Source: Xanthobacteraceae bacterium (GTDB taxonomy: Bacteria > Pseudomonadota > Alphaproteobacteria > Rhizobiales > Xanthobacteraceae). Taken from it: 58,048 bases of DNA. Positions 8,381-18,342 of this stretch are shown piece by piece. A program made the translations under genes and the position numbers. The notes below the pieces were generated by a model that was not told the DNA's origin, did not search any database, and saw only the letters and a list, made by a program, of their open reading frames with translations. The stretch spans positions 1 to 58,048 of the forward strand of contig JAIERI010000148.1 in assembly GCA_019747015.1 (NCBI GenBank). Direction: 5' to 3'. How positions within the stretch are numbered: the stretch's first letter is position 1; each line of letters starts with the position of its first letter.

Positions 8381-8530
8381 ATGATCAAGCGCATCGCGCT
8401 GGCGATGTTGATTGCCGGCATCGTCGTGGTGTTCGGTGCCTTCGCGATCAATTATTATCGTGCCCAAAAAGCCACCAGCGAGCCGCCGCAAATTATCTTC
8501 GAGCGTACTGACCGGCCGTCCCGGGTCTGA
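8381..8530 (+). CDS. 49-aa single-TM small protein
   Basis: MIKRIALAMLIAGIVVVFGAFAINYY..., starting 5 nt after the previous stop. Confidence 0.5.
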   Translation: MIKRIALAMLIAGIVVVFGAFAINYYRAQKATSEPPQIIFERTDRPSRV

Positions 8531-8533
8531 CGC

Positions 8534-8570
8534 AAACAAAAACGCCGGCGCGATGAGCGCCGGCGCTGTT
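8534..8570. terminator. terminator between convergent genes (end of flbD operon)
   Basis: CGCCGGCGC-GATGA-GCGCCGGCG hairpin, with a T-tract after it on the minus strand. Confidence 0.7.
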
Positions 8571-8589
8571 ACTTAGTCCAGTTGGGAAA

Positions 8590-9966
8590 TCAGGCCGCGG
8601 CGAAGCCGCGCATGTCGCCCGAGCCCGGCGGCGGGATCGGCTGGCCGTCATCGGCATATTCGTTGAGCTTGTTTCGCAAGGTACGGATCGAGATGCCGAG
8701 AATGTTGGCTGCGTGAGTGCGGTTTCCAAGACAATGCTTGAGCGTTTCGAGAATGAGATCGCGCTCGACATCGGCGACGGTGCGGCCGACCAGCGCGCGC
8801 GTCACCTGCTCGGCGGCCAGCGTCGCATGCGCGACCGCAGGCACAGTCTTGGCCAGGTCGAGCCGGTCGCCATCCGGCGAGAGGATCGCGTCGGAGCCGA
8901 TCTCGTCGCCCTGCGCCATCAGCACCGCACGATGGATGGTGTTCTCAAGTTCCCGCACGTTGCCCTGCCAGCGGCTCGTCGTGAGCACGCGCCGCGCGTC
9001 GGCGGATATGGGACGCACGGGAACGCCATTGGCCTGCGCATATTTCCTGGCGAAATGCTGCGCCAGTTCGAGGATGTCGGCGGGCCGGTCGCGCAGCGGC
9101 GGAATTTTCAGGTTCACGACGTTGAGCCGGAATAACAGGTCTTCCCGGAAGCTGCCGTCGCGCACCGCGTCCGCCAGATTGCGGTTCGAGGTCGCAATGA
9201 TGCGGATGTCGATCGGCACGGGCTTGGTGCCGCCGACGCGGTCGATGATACGTTCCTGAATGGCGCGCAGCAGTTTCGATTGCAGGCGCACGTCCATTTC
9301 GGAGATTTCGTCGAGCAGCAGCGTGCCGCCGGTGGCCTCCTCGAACTTGCCGATACGCCGCGCGATGGCGCCGGTGAACGCGCCTTTCTCGTGGCCGAAC
9401 AATTCGGATTCGAGCAGATGTTCAGGAATGGCCGCGCAATTGATCGAGATGAACGGCCGCTTGGCGCGCTGAGAATGGGTGTGAACGTAGCGCGCCAGCA
9501 CTTCCTTGCCGGTACCGGATTCGCCGGTAATCATCACCGAGGCGTCGGAGCCCGCGATCTGCTGCGCGAGTTTCACCACTTTCGCCATCGCCTCGTCGCG
9601 GTAGATCAGTTCGCGCGTGTCGTTGGCCACGGCGGCGAGAATGGCGGCGATCAATTCCGGATCCGGCGGCAGCGGGATGTATTCCTTGGCGCCGGCATGA
9701 ATCGCGGCCACCGCGGCGCGGGCGTCGGTGGTGATGCCGCAGGCGACGATCGGTACATGAATGTGTTCGGCCTCAAGACGCATCAAAAGATCGCGAATAT
9801 CGATGGCGACATCGACCAGAAGCAGATCAGCGCCCTTGCCGCCGCGCACGACCCGCATGGCCTGGTCGCTGTCCTCGGCGTGGGTGACCGTGGCGCCATT
9901 GTCCATGGCGATCTTGGTTGCGGTGGTGAGCTGGCCCTTGAGGGTGCCAACGATGAGAAGCCGCAT
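8590..9966 (-). CDS. flbD: sigma54-dependent flagellar activator FlbD
   Basis: Receiver domain, AAA+ domain (GESGTGKE, GAFTGA) and Fis HTH; last gene of the fliF operon. Confidence 0.95.
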   Translation of the reverse strand: MRLLIVGTLKGQLTTATKIAMDNGATVTHAEDSDQAMRVVRGGKGADLLLVDVAIDIRDLLMRLEAEHIHVPIVACGITTDARAAVAAIHAGAKEYIPLPPDPELIAAILAAVANDTRELIYRDEAMAKVVKLAQQIAGSDASVMITGESGTGKEVLARYVHTHSQRAKRPFISINCAAIPEHLLESELFGHEKGAFTGAIARRIGKFEEATGGTLLLDEISEMDVRLQSKLLRAIQERIIDRVGGTKPVPIDIRIIATSNRNLADAVRDGSFREDLLFRLNVVNLKIPPLRDRPADILELAQHFARKYAQANGVPVRPISADARRVLTTSRWQGNVRELENTIHRAVLMAQGDEIGSDAILSPDGDRLDLAKTVPAVAHATLAAEQVTRALVGRTVADVERDLILETLKHCLGNRTHAANILGISIRTLRNKLNEYADDGQPIPPPGSGDMRGFAAA

Positions 9967-10012
9967 GGTTTGCTCCTGTTATTGATCGCGCCATTTCCGG
10001 CGTCGGTTGTGG

Positions 10013-10363
10013 TTAGGCGCGTTCCGCCTTGATGATTTCGGTCATGGTGACGCCAAGCTTGTCCTCGACGAGAACAACCTCGCCTCTCGCCACCAGGCGA
10101 TTGTTGACGTAGATGTCGATGGCCTCACCAACCCGGCGATCGAGTTCGAGAACGGTGCCGGGTCCGAGTTTCAGAAGATCGCTGACGTCCATTTTGGAGC
10201 GGCCGAGTACGGCCGACACCTGCACCGGCACGTCGAATACCGCTTCCAGATCGGAAGCGATGCGCGAGGCGGCATCCTCTTCCATGGAGGACTCGTCGTC
10301 AAACGCCTGCATGTCGTCAGTGTTGAGATCCGGAAGCGGCACCTCTGTGTCGTTCTCGCTCAT
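10013..10363 (-). CDS. fliN: flagellar motor switch protein FliN
   Basis: DVPVQVSAVLG...VNNRLVARGEVV SPOA domain. Confidence 0.95.
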   Translation of the reverse strand: MSENDTEVPLPDLNTDDMQAFDDESSMEEDAASRIASDLEAVFDVPVQVSAVLGRSKMDVSDLLKLGPGTVLELDRRVGEAIDIYVNNRLVARGEVVLVEDKLGVTMTEIIKAERA

Positions 10364-10366
10364 GGC

Positions 10367-11008
10367 TTAGTCTCCATGGCCGGCAGTGCCGGCCTGATTG
10401 CGGGCCGTGATGTAGCGGACCACCAGTTCATCGATCTTGGCTTCGATCGCCGCGCGCTCAAGCACGCAGCCGCCGTCGGCCCATTCGATCTTGCAGTCGG
10501 CCACCGGGATGTCGGGTTCGGCGAGGATGACGAGACGGCCTTCGAAGCCGCTGCGCCGCGCCAGGGCCTCGATGTGCTCTTTCGCCGCCTCGTAAAGCGT
10601 GTCGTTGATTCGCACCGCCAAATGCGGTGTCGATGTCAGATGACGGAAACAGTCGCTGACCAGCGCCATGATTTCAGTGAGCGGCTCGGCGCTCATCAGT
10701 TCACTGCAGAGCTTGCGCGCGACCGCGACCGCGACATCGACTGCCTCGGTCTCCATGCGGGTTTCGATGTTGCCGAAATCCGCCGCGATCTGACGGATCG
10801 CGATGCCGATCTGCTCCAGCGCCAGCGCTGCGCGCCGGTCGCTCTCGGCCTTGGCTTCACGCTGTGCGGCGTCGAAGCCTTCGCGATAGGCGCGGGCCTC
10901 TGCTTCCGCGACGCGCTGGGCGATCTCCGCGTTGGAGATGGCACGCTCCTTGGTCGCGGCTGGAGCCGCGAAGTCCACGTCGAACAGGAATTTTGCGGGT
11001 GCTGCCAT
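10367..11008 (-). CDS. fliH: flagellar assembly protein FliH (FlbE)
   Basis: KFLFDVDF N-terminus, AYREG and EWADGG motifs; lies between fliG and fliN. Confidence 0.9.
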   Translation of the reverse strand: MAAPAKFLFDVDFAAPAATKERAISNAEIAQRVAEAEARAYREGFDAAQREAKAESDRRAALALEQIGIAIRQIAADFGNIETRMETEAVDVAVAVARKLCSELMSAEPLTEIMALVSDCFRHLTSTPHLAVRINDTLYEAAKEHIEALARRSGFEGRLVILAEPDIPVADCKIEWADGGCVLERAAIEAKIDELVVRYITARNQAGTAGHGD

Positions 11009-12102
11009 CAATACACCAGTTCGTCGTCGGCGCGGTTTTTCTGCAGCATGATTTCGCCCTTGGCGGCAAGATCCTTGGCGAGATTCACCAATTGCGCCTG
11101 CGCCTCGTCGACATCGCGCAGCCGGACTGGACCGGCGGCGGCCATGTCGTCGGTCAACATTTTCGCGGCACGACTCGACATGTGGCCGAGGAAGAAATCG
11201 CGCACGGCGTCGTTGGCGCCTTTAAGCGCAACGCCGAGCTTGTCCTTGTCGATATGGCGCATCAAGGTCTGCGCCGAAGCGGCATCAAGCTTGATGAGAT
11301 CGTCGAAGGTGAACATCAGCGCCTTGATGCGTTCGGCGGATTCGCGGTTGTCTTCTTCCAGCGATGTGAGGAATCGCGTCTCGGTTTGACGGTCGAAATT
11401 GTTGAAGATTTCAGCCATCACCTCATGCGCATCGCGGCGGCGGGTCTGCGACAGATTGGACATGAATTCGGTGCGCAGCGTCTGCTCGACGCGCTCGATG
11501 ACTTCCTTTTGCACCGCTTCCATTTTCAGCATGCGGCCGACCACATCGAGCGCCATGTCCTCGGGCAGGATGGCGAGCACGCGCGCGGCATGCTCGGGCT
11601 TCAGCTTGGAGAGCACCACCGCGACGGTCTGCGGATATTCGTTCTTCAGATAATTGGCAAGAACCTCTTCCTGCACGTTGGAGAGTTTCTCCCACATGTT
11701 GCGCCCGGCGGGGCCGCGGATTTCGTCCATGATGCCGGTGACGCGATCTGATGGCAAATACTTCTGCAACAGTCGCTCGGTTGCGTCGAAATTGCCCATC
11801 AGGGCGCCCGACGCCGACATCCTTGAGACGAATTCCAGCAGCAGGTCTTCGACCACATCGGCTTCGATGGTGCCGAGCGAAGACATCGTCACCGACAGTT
11901 CACGCACTTCATCGTCGTCAAGCAACGCCCACACCTTGCTGCCATACTGCTCGCCGAGCGCCAGCATCATGATGGCCGCGCGCTTGGGGCCGCTCAGCGG
12001 CTTGCTGCGCGGGCGGTTGCCCTGACGGCCGGCGAGCGTCGCGACGACGCCTGCGATGTCGGTGGCCTGGGTCTGATGGGGAAGGGCGGGTGCATTTGCC
12101 AT
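11008..12102 (-). CDS. fliG: flagellar motor switch protein FliG
   Basis: [18 protein letters not shown] and MSSRAA motifs. Confidence 0.97.
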   Translation of the reverse strand: MANAPALPHQTQATDIAGVVATLAGRQGNRPRSKPLSGPKRAAIMMLALGEQYGSKVWALLDDDEVRELSVTMSSLGTIEADVVEDLLLEFVSRMSASGALMGNFDATERLLQKYLPSDRVTGIMDEIRGPAGRNMWEKLSNVQEEVLANYLKNEYPQTVAVVLSKLKPEHAARVLAILPEDMALDVVGRMLKMEAVQKEVIERVEQTLRTEFMSNLSQTRRRDAHEVMAEIFNNFDRQTETRFLTSLEEDNRESAERIKALMFTFDDLIKLDAASAQTLMRHIDKDKLGVALKGANDAVRDFFLGHMSSRAAKMLTDDMAAAGPVRLRDVDEAQAQLVNLAKDLAAKGEIMLQKNRADDELVY

Positions 12103-12108
12103 CTGATG

Positions 12109-13719
12109 TTACGCCGGTTCCGTGAGCCATTGACGAATGATGGAAGCGGTCTCGGACGGGTTGCGATCCGCCAGTTCGCCGACGCGGTGAACCGATTGGG
12201 CGTGGACCTGACCCTGCACCTGCGCGACGTCGATCATTTGTGCGGTCGCATTTGGATTGCTGGCGATTTGCGGCTGTCCGCTCGTCGCAGTGGCATCAGG
12301 CAACGCCGGAGCCACCGGGGCCTTGCTCGCCGCATCCTCGGTCAGCACGCGCTTGACCAACGGACGGATCACCATGAACATCACGACCATTCCGAGCAGC
12401 GACATCACGCCAAGCTCGATGAAATACATGATGTCGTCCTTGGTGAACTGGAACAGGCCAAGCAGGCCGTTCTGTTCGATGTCCGGGATCGTGGCAGGCG
12501 CTTCGGCGAATTTGAGATTGACGACCTCAACCTGGTCGCCGCGCTTCTGGTCAAAGCCGATGGCGGAGCGCACCAGCGTTGCGATGCGGTCGAGTTCTTC
12601 CTTGCTGCGCGGGGCATAAACAGTGTCGCCAGAGGCATTCTTGACGTAGCTGCCGTCCACCAGCACGGCCACCGACATGCGATTGATGCGGCCAGCCTCG
12701 GTCACCTCGGTCTTGGTGACGCGGGAGATCTCGTAATTGTTGATCTCTTCGCTTTTCTTGCTCTGATCTTTCGGCGTCACAGCGCCATTCTGCTGCTGGC
12801 TGCCGGGCAGTTCGTTGTTGACGGTGACCTGGCCGTTATTGTCGGCGGTGGCGGAGGATTCCTCGCGTGACTGGCTTGAGCGCAGCACGCGGCCTTCCGG
12901 GTCGAACTTGTCGGAGGTCTGGGTAATCTTGTTGTAGTCGAAGTCGGCTGAGACCTGGACGCGGGTACGGCCCGAGCCGACGACCGAGGACACGATCTGT
13001 TCGACCTGATCGCGCATCCGGTTTTCATAGGCAGTGCGGCGGTCGTCTCCATTGGCCTCGGAACTGCCATCGCTCGACGATCCGTTCGCCAGCAACTGGC
13101 CGGTCTCGTCGACGATGGACACCCGCTCCGCCTTCAGGCCATTGACCGCCGAAGCGACGATATGACGGATGGCGCGGACCTGCTGAGGCTCCAGTGAGCC
13201 GCGCACACGCAGCACGATCGATGCCGACGGTTCGGGGGTTTCGCGCGAAAACAGCGGCCGTTCGGGCAGCACCAGATGCACGCGCGCGGCTTGGATGCGG
13301 TCGATGCCCTTGATGGTACGGGCAAGCTCGCCTTCGAGCGCACGCAGATGATTGATGTTCTGAACGAAGCTAGTCGAGCCCAGCGCGTCGGATTTGTCGA
13401 AAATCTCGTAACCGACGCCGCCACCCTTGGGCATTCCGCCCTCGGCCAGCTTCATGCGCAGCCGGGTGACCTTGTCTTTCGGCACCATGATGATGGCGCC
13501 GTCGTTCTTCAACTCGTAGGTGATCGCCTGGCGGTCCAGTTCCTTGATAATCCCGGAGGAGTCCTCGTAGCTGAGATCGGTGAATAAGGTGGTCATCTGC
13601 GGCGCGGTGACGCGCATGATGACAAAGCCGAAAAATGCGATCAGGGCCAGCGTAACCGCGGCCATTGCCGCCATCCGCGCCGCGCCCAGATTTTTAAGGA
13701 ATGCCAACAGCCCCTGCAC
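12109..13719 (-). CDS. fliF: flagellar MS-ring protein FliF
   Basis: GYEIFD, RALEGELARTI and ARVHLVLP motifs; two TM segments; GTG start. Confidence 0.97.
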   Translation of the reverse strand: MQGLLAFLKNLGAARMAAMAAVTLALIAFFGFVIMRVTAPQMTTLFTDLSYEDSSGIIKELDRQAITYELKNDGAIIMVPKDKVTRLRMKLAEGGMPKGGGVGYEIFDKSDALGSTSFVQNINHLRALEGELARTIKGIDRIQAARVHLVLPERPLFSRETPEPSASIVLRVRGSLEPQQVRAIRHIVASAVNGLKAERVSIVDETGQLLANGSSSDGSSEANGDDRRTAYENRMRDQVEQIVSSVVGSGRTRVQVSADFDYNKITQTSDKFDPEGRVLRSSQSREESSATADNNGQVTVNNELPGSQQQNGAVTPKDQSKKSEEINNYEISRVTKTEVTEAGRINRMSVAVLVDGSYVKNASGDTVYAPRSKEELDRIATLVRSAIGFDQKRGDQVEVVNLKFAEAPATIPDIEQNGLLGLFQFTKDDIMYFIELGVMSLLGMVVMFMVIRPLVKRVLTEDAASKAPVAPALPDATATSGQPQIASNPNATAQMIDVAQVQGQVHAQSVHRVGELADRNPSETASIIRQWLTEPA

Positions 13720-13735
13720 GAACCACCCCAGAGAT

Positions 13736-13802
13736 TCGGCGCAAATGCCGACTGGGCAGAATTTGCCTAGGGATGGTTTCCATATGGTTAACGCCGGTTA
13801 AC
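13736..13802 (-). promoter_or_regulatory. fliF promoter: two ftr-like FlbD sites and a CtrA-like site
   Basis: TCGGC-GCAAAT-GCCGA (13736-13751), CTGGGCAGAATTTGCCTAG (13752-13770), and TTAA-N6-TTAACCAT on the minus strand (13784-13801). Confidence 0.6.
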
Positions 13803-13893
13803 GGCGAGGCATAAAAGCCAAAATGCCGAACGCCGGCTTCAGGTTATGAAGCCGGTTTTCGGAAAATGAGAAGTTTGAGGATTTGCGGCGCGC

Positions 13894-14169
13894 TTACTGG
13901 CGATATTGCTGGATGCGCGTGGTGCGCAGCCCGGCCAGACCATGCTGGTCGATTGAGAACTGCCAGGACAGGAATTCATCCACGGTCAAAGTGTACCGGC
14001 TGCAGGCTTCTTCGAGGGAAAGAAGGCCACCGCGCACGGCGGCAACGACTTCGGCCTTGCGGCGGATGACCCAACGTTTGGTGCCGGGCGCCGGAAGATC
14101 TGCGATCGTCAGCGGGCTACCATCGGGCCCGATGACGTACTTCACCCTCGGGCGGTGGGGTTCTGTCAT
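13894..14169 (-). CDS. sciP: CtrA inhibitor SciP (DUF1153)
   Basis: VIGPDGSPLTIADLP...RWVIRRKAEVVAAVRGGLLSLEEAC.RY, next to fliF. Confidence 0.95.
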   Translation of the reverse strand: MTEPHRPRVKYVIGPDGSPLTIADLPAPGTKRWVIRRKAEVVAAVRGGLLSLEEACSRYTLTVDEFLSWQFSIDQHGLAGLRTTRIQQYRQ

Positions 14170-14224
14170 GGTGTACTCACAAACTCGGCTACTGAACTCG
14201 TGGGAACAAGGTAGTCCCCACGGC

Positions 14225-14239
14225 TTAAAATTTGCCTAA
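14225..14239 (-). promoter_or_regulatory. CtrA-like box upstream of sciP
   Basis: TTAA-AATTTGC-CTAA, one mismatch to TTAA-N7-TTAA. Confidence 0.6.
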
Positions 14240-14344
14240 GTTCAAGGGTTCAATACGATTCTCCTTCGAGGGGAGCCGATGGGCGAAAGGCCCGGTTCCA
14301 AAGGAACCGGGCGCGTAAGCCTCAACCGATCGTGAAATGGCTGG

Positions 14345-15067
14345 TTAACTGGTGCCGGCGCCGCTGTTTGGCGCCACAATGCGTTTGACCTGATCGGTGG
14401 TGAAGGTTTGCCCCCCGATCGACAGCAACGGAGGACTTGCGGTGAGGTCGACGGAATCGACCACGCCCTGAACCTCGGTCGTAACTGCCACGTCTTTGCC
14501 GTTGGTGTCCTTGGCGGTGACGGTCATCTTGTAATCGCCAACAGGCCACGTCGTGCCGTCATTGCCCTTTCCATCCCAGACGAAGCTGGCATTGCCTGAG
14601 CCGACCTGGAAATTGCCGCTGTAAGCGGTCTGCCCGGTTTTGTCGGTGATTGTAATGACTGCATTCGCGTTACTCGGAGCGTTCAGATTCCAGGTCGCAT
14701 GCCCATCGAAATGCGCCGTGCTGCCGTCCACGGTAACCGTCTGTCCAACGAAAACCAGTGCCTGCGTCGACTGAGCGCTCTTTTCAATATTGACCAGCGA
14801 GGTCAACTGGTCGTTGGCCTTGAGCTGCTGTTCGACCTGCGCGAACTGGACGAGCTGGGCGGTGAACTGGTTGGTGTCCAGCGGATCGAGCGGGTTCTGA
14901 TTCTGTAACTGCGTGGTGAGCAAGGTCAGGAAGGTTTGAAAGTTATCCGCAATGCCGGCCGTCGCGTTCGAGCTCGTGGTGCCGGTTGTCGAGCCGGATG
15001 ATGACGACGATGAAGCAGCCGCTGGCGCGGATGTAACCGGGGTTGGAAGCGTTGCATCGACGGCCAT
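14345..15067 (-). CDS. flgD: flagellar hook capping protein FlgD
   Basis: FLTLLTTQLQNQNPLDP and FVWDGK motifs; GAGGAG RBS before ATG 15067. Confidence 0.95.
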   Translation of the reverse strand: MAVDATLPTPVTSAPAAASSSSSSGSTTGTTSSNATAGIADNFQTFLTLLTTQLQNQNPLDPLDTNQFTAQLVQFAQVEQQLKANDQLTSLVNIEKSAQSTQALVFVGQTVTVDGSTAHFDGHATWNLNAPSNANAVITITDKTGQTAYSGNFQVGSGNASFVWDGKGNDGTTWPVGDYKMTVTAKDTNGKDVAVTTEVQGVVDSVDLTASPPLLSIGGQTFTTDQVKRIVAPNSGAGTS

Positions 15068-15077
15068 TACTATCTCC

Positions 15078-16865
15078 TCAGATACTGATATCGACGCCGG
15101 AACTCGATCCGAGCGTGCGGCCATAGGTCTGTCCCGCGATCTGGGCGGGGACCGGCGTGTCTTCGGTGATGATAAGGCGTTGCGAATTGCGGCCGGACTG
15201 GCCATCGTCCTGACGCCCGGATGACGACGACTGATCGCGCAGGCTGAACTGCAATCCGCCATCGCCGGTCTTCAGGCCTGCGTCCTCAAGAGCCTGCTGA
15301 AGCTGCGGCGCGTCCTTGCGCAACATGTCCAGCGTCGCCGGCCGCTCGACCGTCAGGTGCGAAGTCACCTGTCCGTGCTTGTCGACATCGAGCCGCACGT
15401 CGATGCGGCCAAGCTCGGCGGGATCGAGCCGGATTTCGAAGCGGCTGTTGCCGCCCGCGGCTTTCAGCGCGATGTCGGCGGCAAGGCTGTTCAGCGGGAC
15501 CGGTGTATTGGCGGCGGCCAGCGTGGCATTCAGCTGTGCGGTGGGTGCGGCCGCGTTGTTGGAAGGCTGAAGCTGCGTAGGTTGTTGCAATTGCGCGGCG
15601 GGATCGTTTGCTGCCGGCTGCTGAATGCTCGCGTGTTGCTCGTGACCGTTTGAGACCGGCGCAGGTTTGTCTGGCGCCGCAGCCTTGTCCGGCACATCGC
15701 GGGCATCGGCAGTTTTGCTGTCCTTGACGCTCTTCGCGTCGGTATCGTCATCGCTCTGGGCGCCAGCCCGGCCGGTCGGGGCCGGCTTGGCGTCATTGCT
15801 TTTGCCCGCCGATGCGGTTTGTGATGTGCCGGATTTCGCGTCTGTCTTCGTGAGTTCAGCGCTTTTGACCGTGGATGCGGTGGTGGCGGTCTTGACGTTC
15901 GGCACAGCCGGTACGTCAACCGCGACGGGTGCCGCTACTTCGGCGTCGGTTGCCAGCTGGGCGGCAGAAATCGCCGGCGTGGCAGCTTGTGACGATAATG
16001 TGTTTGCGGTGGCCTTGCCGTCGGTGATCTTGCCGTCAGTGGTGTTGATTGCGTTCGCGTCAGCCGCCTTCGCAGCGGCGGCGGTATCGGACGCCGCGGA
16101 AGCTTCGGCCTTGTCAGCGGTTTCGGTCGCGGTCCGGGCCGTTGTCTGAGCAGCCACGTCCGCTGAAGCTTGAACGGACGGATCAATGATTGACGAGATT
16201 GGTACGGCGGATGTCGCACCGGTGGATGTCGAAGTCTCGCTTGCTGCTGCTATGCCGGCGGTTTTCACAGTCGTAGATGAGGCTGCTGCGGTCGCGGCGG
16301 ATACAGATGCGATCCCGGAGGCGGCGGAGGCCGCTGCTTCGGTGGCAGTTCCGGCCGCAGCGGCCGGCACAACGCCAGCAATCACCGCAACGGCAACCGG
16401 GGTAGCAGGAGTCGTGGCCGCGGCGGTCTGGTCCGCAGTGGTGGTATCCGAGGCCACTTTCTCGCTGCGAGAGGTTTTGCTTTTTGTGGCTGTCTTGTCC
16501 GCACCCGACGCTGTCTTCGCGGCGTCCGGCTTTTCACTGGTGTTCTTGCTGTCGCCGACTGCTTTCTGCCTTTTGCCGCTATCAGTTTGGGCATCCTTGT
16601 CCGTATTGCCCTGTCTGACCTGACGGGTATCGGCGGCGCTGTCGGCCGTGTCATTTGTATTGACCGGACGGTCCTCGCTATTGCCGCGCCGCGCAGTGGT
16701 GTCGGACGTGTTGCTTGAGGAGCGGTCGGTGTCCGTCGCAGCATTCGCGTTGCTGTCCACCAATGCGGCGAAGCCGTCCGAACCGGACGACTGATCGGAG
16801 CGCGCGGGCTTCTGGCGCGTGCCGGGATATGAAGCGACGGCGATTTCCGGATTAACACTGAACAC
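15078..16865 (-). CDS. fliK: flagellar hook-length control protein FliK
   Basis: Long Ala/Thr/Ser-rich region followed by the C-terminal FEIRLDPAELGRIDV domain. Confidence 0.9.
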   Translation of the reverse strand: MFSVNPEIAVASYPGTRQKPARSDQSSGSDGFAALVDSNANAATDTDRSSSNTSDTTARRGNSEDRPVNTNDTADSAADTRQVRQGNTDKDAQTDSGKRQKAVGDSKNTSEKPDAAKTASGADKTATKSKTSRSEKVASDTTTADQTAAATTPATPVAVAVIAGVVPAAAAGTATEAAASAASGIASVSAATAAASSTTVKTAGIAAASETSTSTGATSAVPISSIIDPSVQASADVAAQTTARTATETADKAEASAASDTAAAAKAADANAINTTDGKITDGKATANTLSSQAATPAISAAQLATDAEVAAPVAVDVPAVPNVKTATTASTVKSAELTKTDAKSGTSQTASAGKSNDAKPAPTGRAGAQSDDDTDAKSVKDSKTADARDVPDKAAAPDKPAPVSNGHEQHASIQQPAANDPAAQLQQPTQLQPSNNAAAPTAQLNATLAAANTPVPLNSLAADIALKAAGGNSRFEIRLDPAELGRIDVRLDVDKHGQVTSHLTVERPATLDMLRKDAPQLQQALEDAGLKTGDGGLQFSLRDQSSSSGRQDDGQSGRNSQRLIITEDTPVPAQIAGQTYGRTLGSSSGVDISI

Positions 16866-16900
16866 GGGCGGCCTTTCACGATGAGCTCACCTCCATCTTG

Positions 16901-16916
16901 AGCAAGGAATGGGCCA
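16901..16916 (-). promoter_or_regulatory. sigma54 -24/-12 promoter of fliK-flgD
   Basis: TGGCCC-ATTCC-TTGCT. Confidence 0.8.
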
Positions 16917-17010
16917 TGCCTTGAACCTGCTAAAACGATAAATATATCAACCAACTAGAGAATCGTGCCCAATCCGGAAAACGGGCTTTGGCGCGCTCAT
17001 TTCTGCCCGG

Positions 17011-17025
17011 CGGCAAGATTTGCCG
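17011..17025. promoter_or_regulatory. ftr-like FlbD enhancer
   Basis: CGGCAAGATTTGCCG dyad about 100 nt upstream of the sigma54 site, with an IHF-like TATCAACCAACTA at 16945-16957 between them. Confidence 0.65.
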
Positions 17026-17129
17026 TGCCGGTTCTAATTGCCTCGAAGGGGGCCGGACTATAATAAAGACCCACAACGGAACGACGATGGATGGCGCGGT
17101 GCTGGAACCCGCTTCCGGATTGGCCCAAT

Positions 17130-18320
17130 ATGCTCAACAGCCTCGATCTTGAAGGACGCCCGGAAGACACCCGGGTCGTCGTCGCCATGTCCGGCGGCGT
17201 CGATTCCTCGACGACGGCTGCGCTGCTCAAGGCCGAAGGCTACGACGTCGTCGGCATCACTTTGCAGCTTTACGATCACGGCGAAGCGACCCATCGCAAG
17301 GGCGCCTGCTGTGCGGGACAGGATATTCACGATGCGCGCGATGTCGCCGAACGCATTGGCATTCCGCATTACGTCCTCAACTATGAAAGCCGCTTCCGCG
17401 AATCCGTGATTGACGCTTTTGCTGAGAGTTACGTGCAGGGCGAGACGCCGGTGCCGTGCATCGAATGCAACCGCTCGATCAAGTTTCGCGATCTGCTGGC
17501 GACTGCGCGCGGACTGGGCGCCAAGGCGCTGGCGACCGGTCACTATGTCGCTTCTCGCCGCCTCAATGACGGATCGCGTGCGCTGGTCTGCGCCGCCGAT
17601 GCCGACCGGGATCAGAGTTATTTCCTGTTTGCGACCACGCAGGACCAGTTGGCCGATGTGCGCTTTCCGCTTGGCGACATGACCAAGACGCAGACGCGCG
17701 AGCTGGCACGGCGTTTCGGACTGTCGGTCGCCGACAAGCACGACAGTCAAGATATTTGTTTTGTACCGACCGGCCGCTACACCGACTTGATCGAGCGGCT
17801 CAAGCCTAACGCGATGGAGCCGGGCGACATCGTCGATCTTGGCGGCCGCGTCATCGGCCATCATCAGGGCATCGTCAATTTTACCGTCGGCCAGCGCCGG
17901 GGTCTCGGCATCGCCGCGCATGCGCCGCTTTATGTGGTGAAACTCGACGCCGCGACGCGCCGTGTGATCGTCGGTCCGCGCGAGGCCTTGCGGAAGAGCA
18001 AGATTTTGCTGCGTGACGTGAACTGGATCGGCGGCGGAACGCTCGAGCAGGCGGCTGCGTCGGGCATGGAGATTTTCGTGAAGGTCCGCTCGACCCGTCC
18101 GCAGCAGCCGGCCTGGCTCCATATGGTCGATGGAGAATGCGAGGTCGAACTGGTCGCGGGCGAGGAGGGAGTCTCGCCCGGTCAGGCCTGTGTTTTCTAT
18201 GACGCGGCAAGCGGACAGGCGCAGGTGCTTGGCGGCGGCTTCATCAAGAGTGCCTCGCAGCGCGCCGACGCTTTGTTCGCGCCAGCCGCATCGGCGGCGC
18301 GGCCGCTTGTCGCCGGCTGA
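17130..18320 (+). CDS. mnmA: tRNA 2-thiouridine(34) synthase
   Basis: [43 protein letters not shown] and PGQACVFY motifs. Confidence 0.97.
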   Translation: MLNSLDLEGRPEDTRVVVAMSGGVDSSTTAALLKAEGYDVVGITLQLYDHGEATHRKGACCAGQDIHDARDVAERIGIPHYVLNYESRFRESVIDAFAESYVQGETPVPCIECNRSIKFRDLLATARGLGAKALATGHYVASRRLNDGSRALVCAADADRDQSYFLFATTQDQLADVRFPLGDMTKTQTRELARRFGLSVADKHDSQDICFVPTGRYTDLIERLKPNAMEPGDIVDLGGRVIGHHQGIVNFTVGQRRGLGIAAHAPLYVVKLDAATRRVIVGPREALRKSKILLRDVNWIGGGTLEQAAASGMEIFVKVRSTRPQQPAWLHMVDGECEVELVAGEEGVSPGQACVFYDAASGQAQVLGGGFIKSASQRADALFAPAASAARPLVAG

Positions 18321-18342
18321 ATTTCCAGACAACATATAAAGC

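Noticed and set aside
10007-11389. 460-aa + strand ORF and similar long antisense ORFs (17058..18356, 1936..2883, 4707..5585)
   Set aside because: They are shadows of well-supported genes in high-GC DNA with no recognisable motifs.
14345-15262. Extended N-termini in the ORF track (flgD, mnmA, murE, rsmH, SLT, csbD, GT39)
   Set aside because: The extensions overlap upstream genes or promoters. Downstream starts with an RBS or family-typical N-termini were used.
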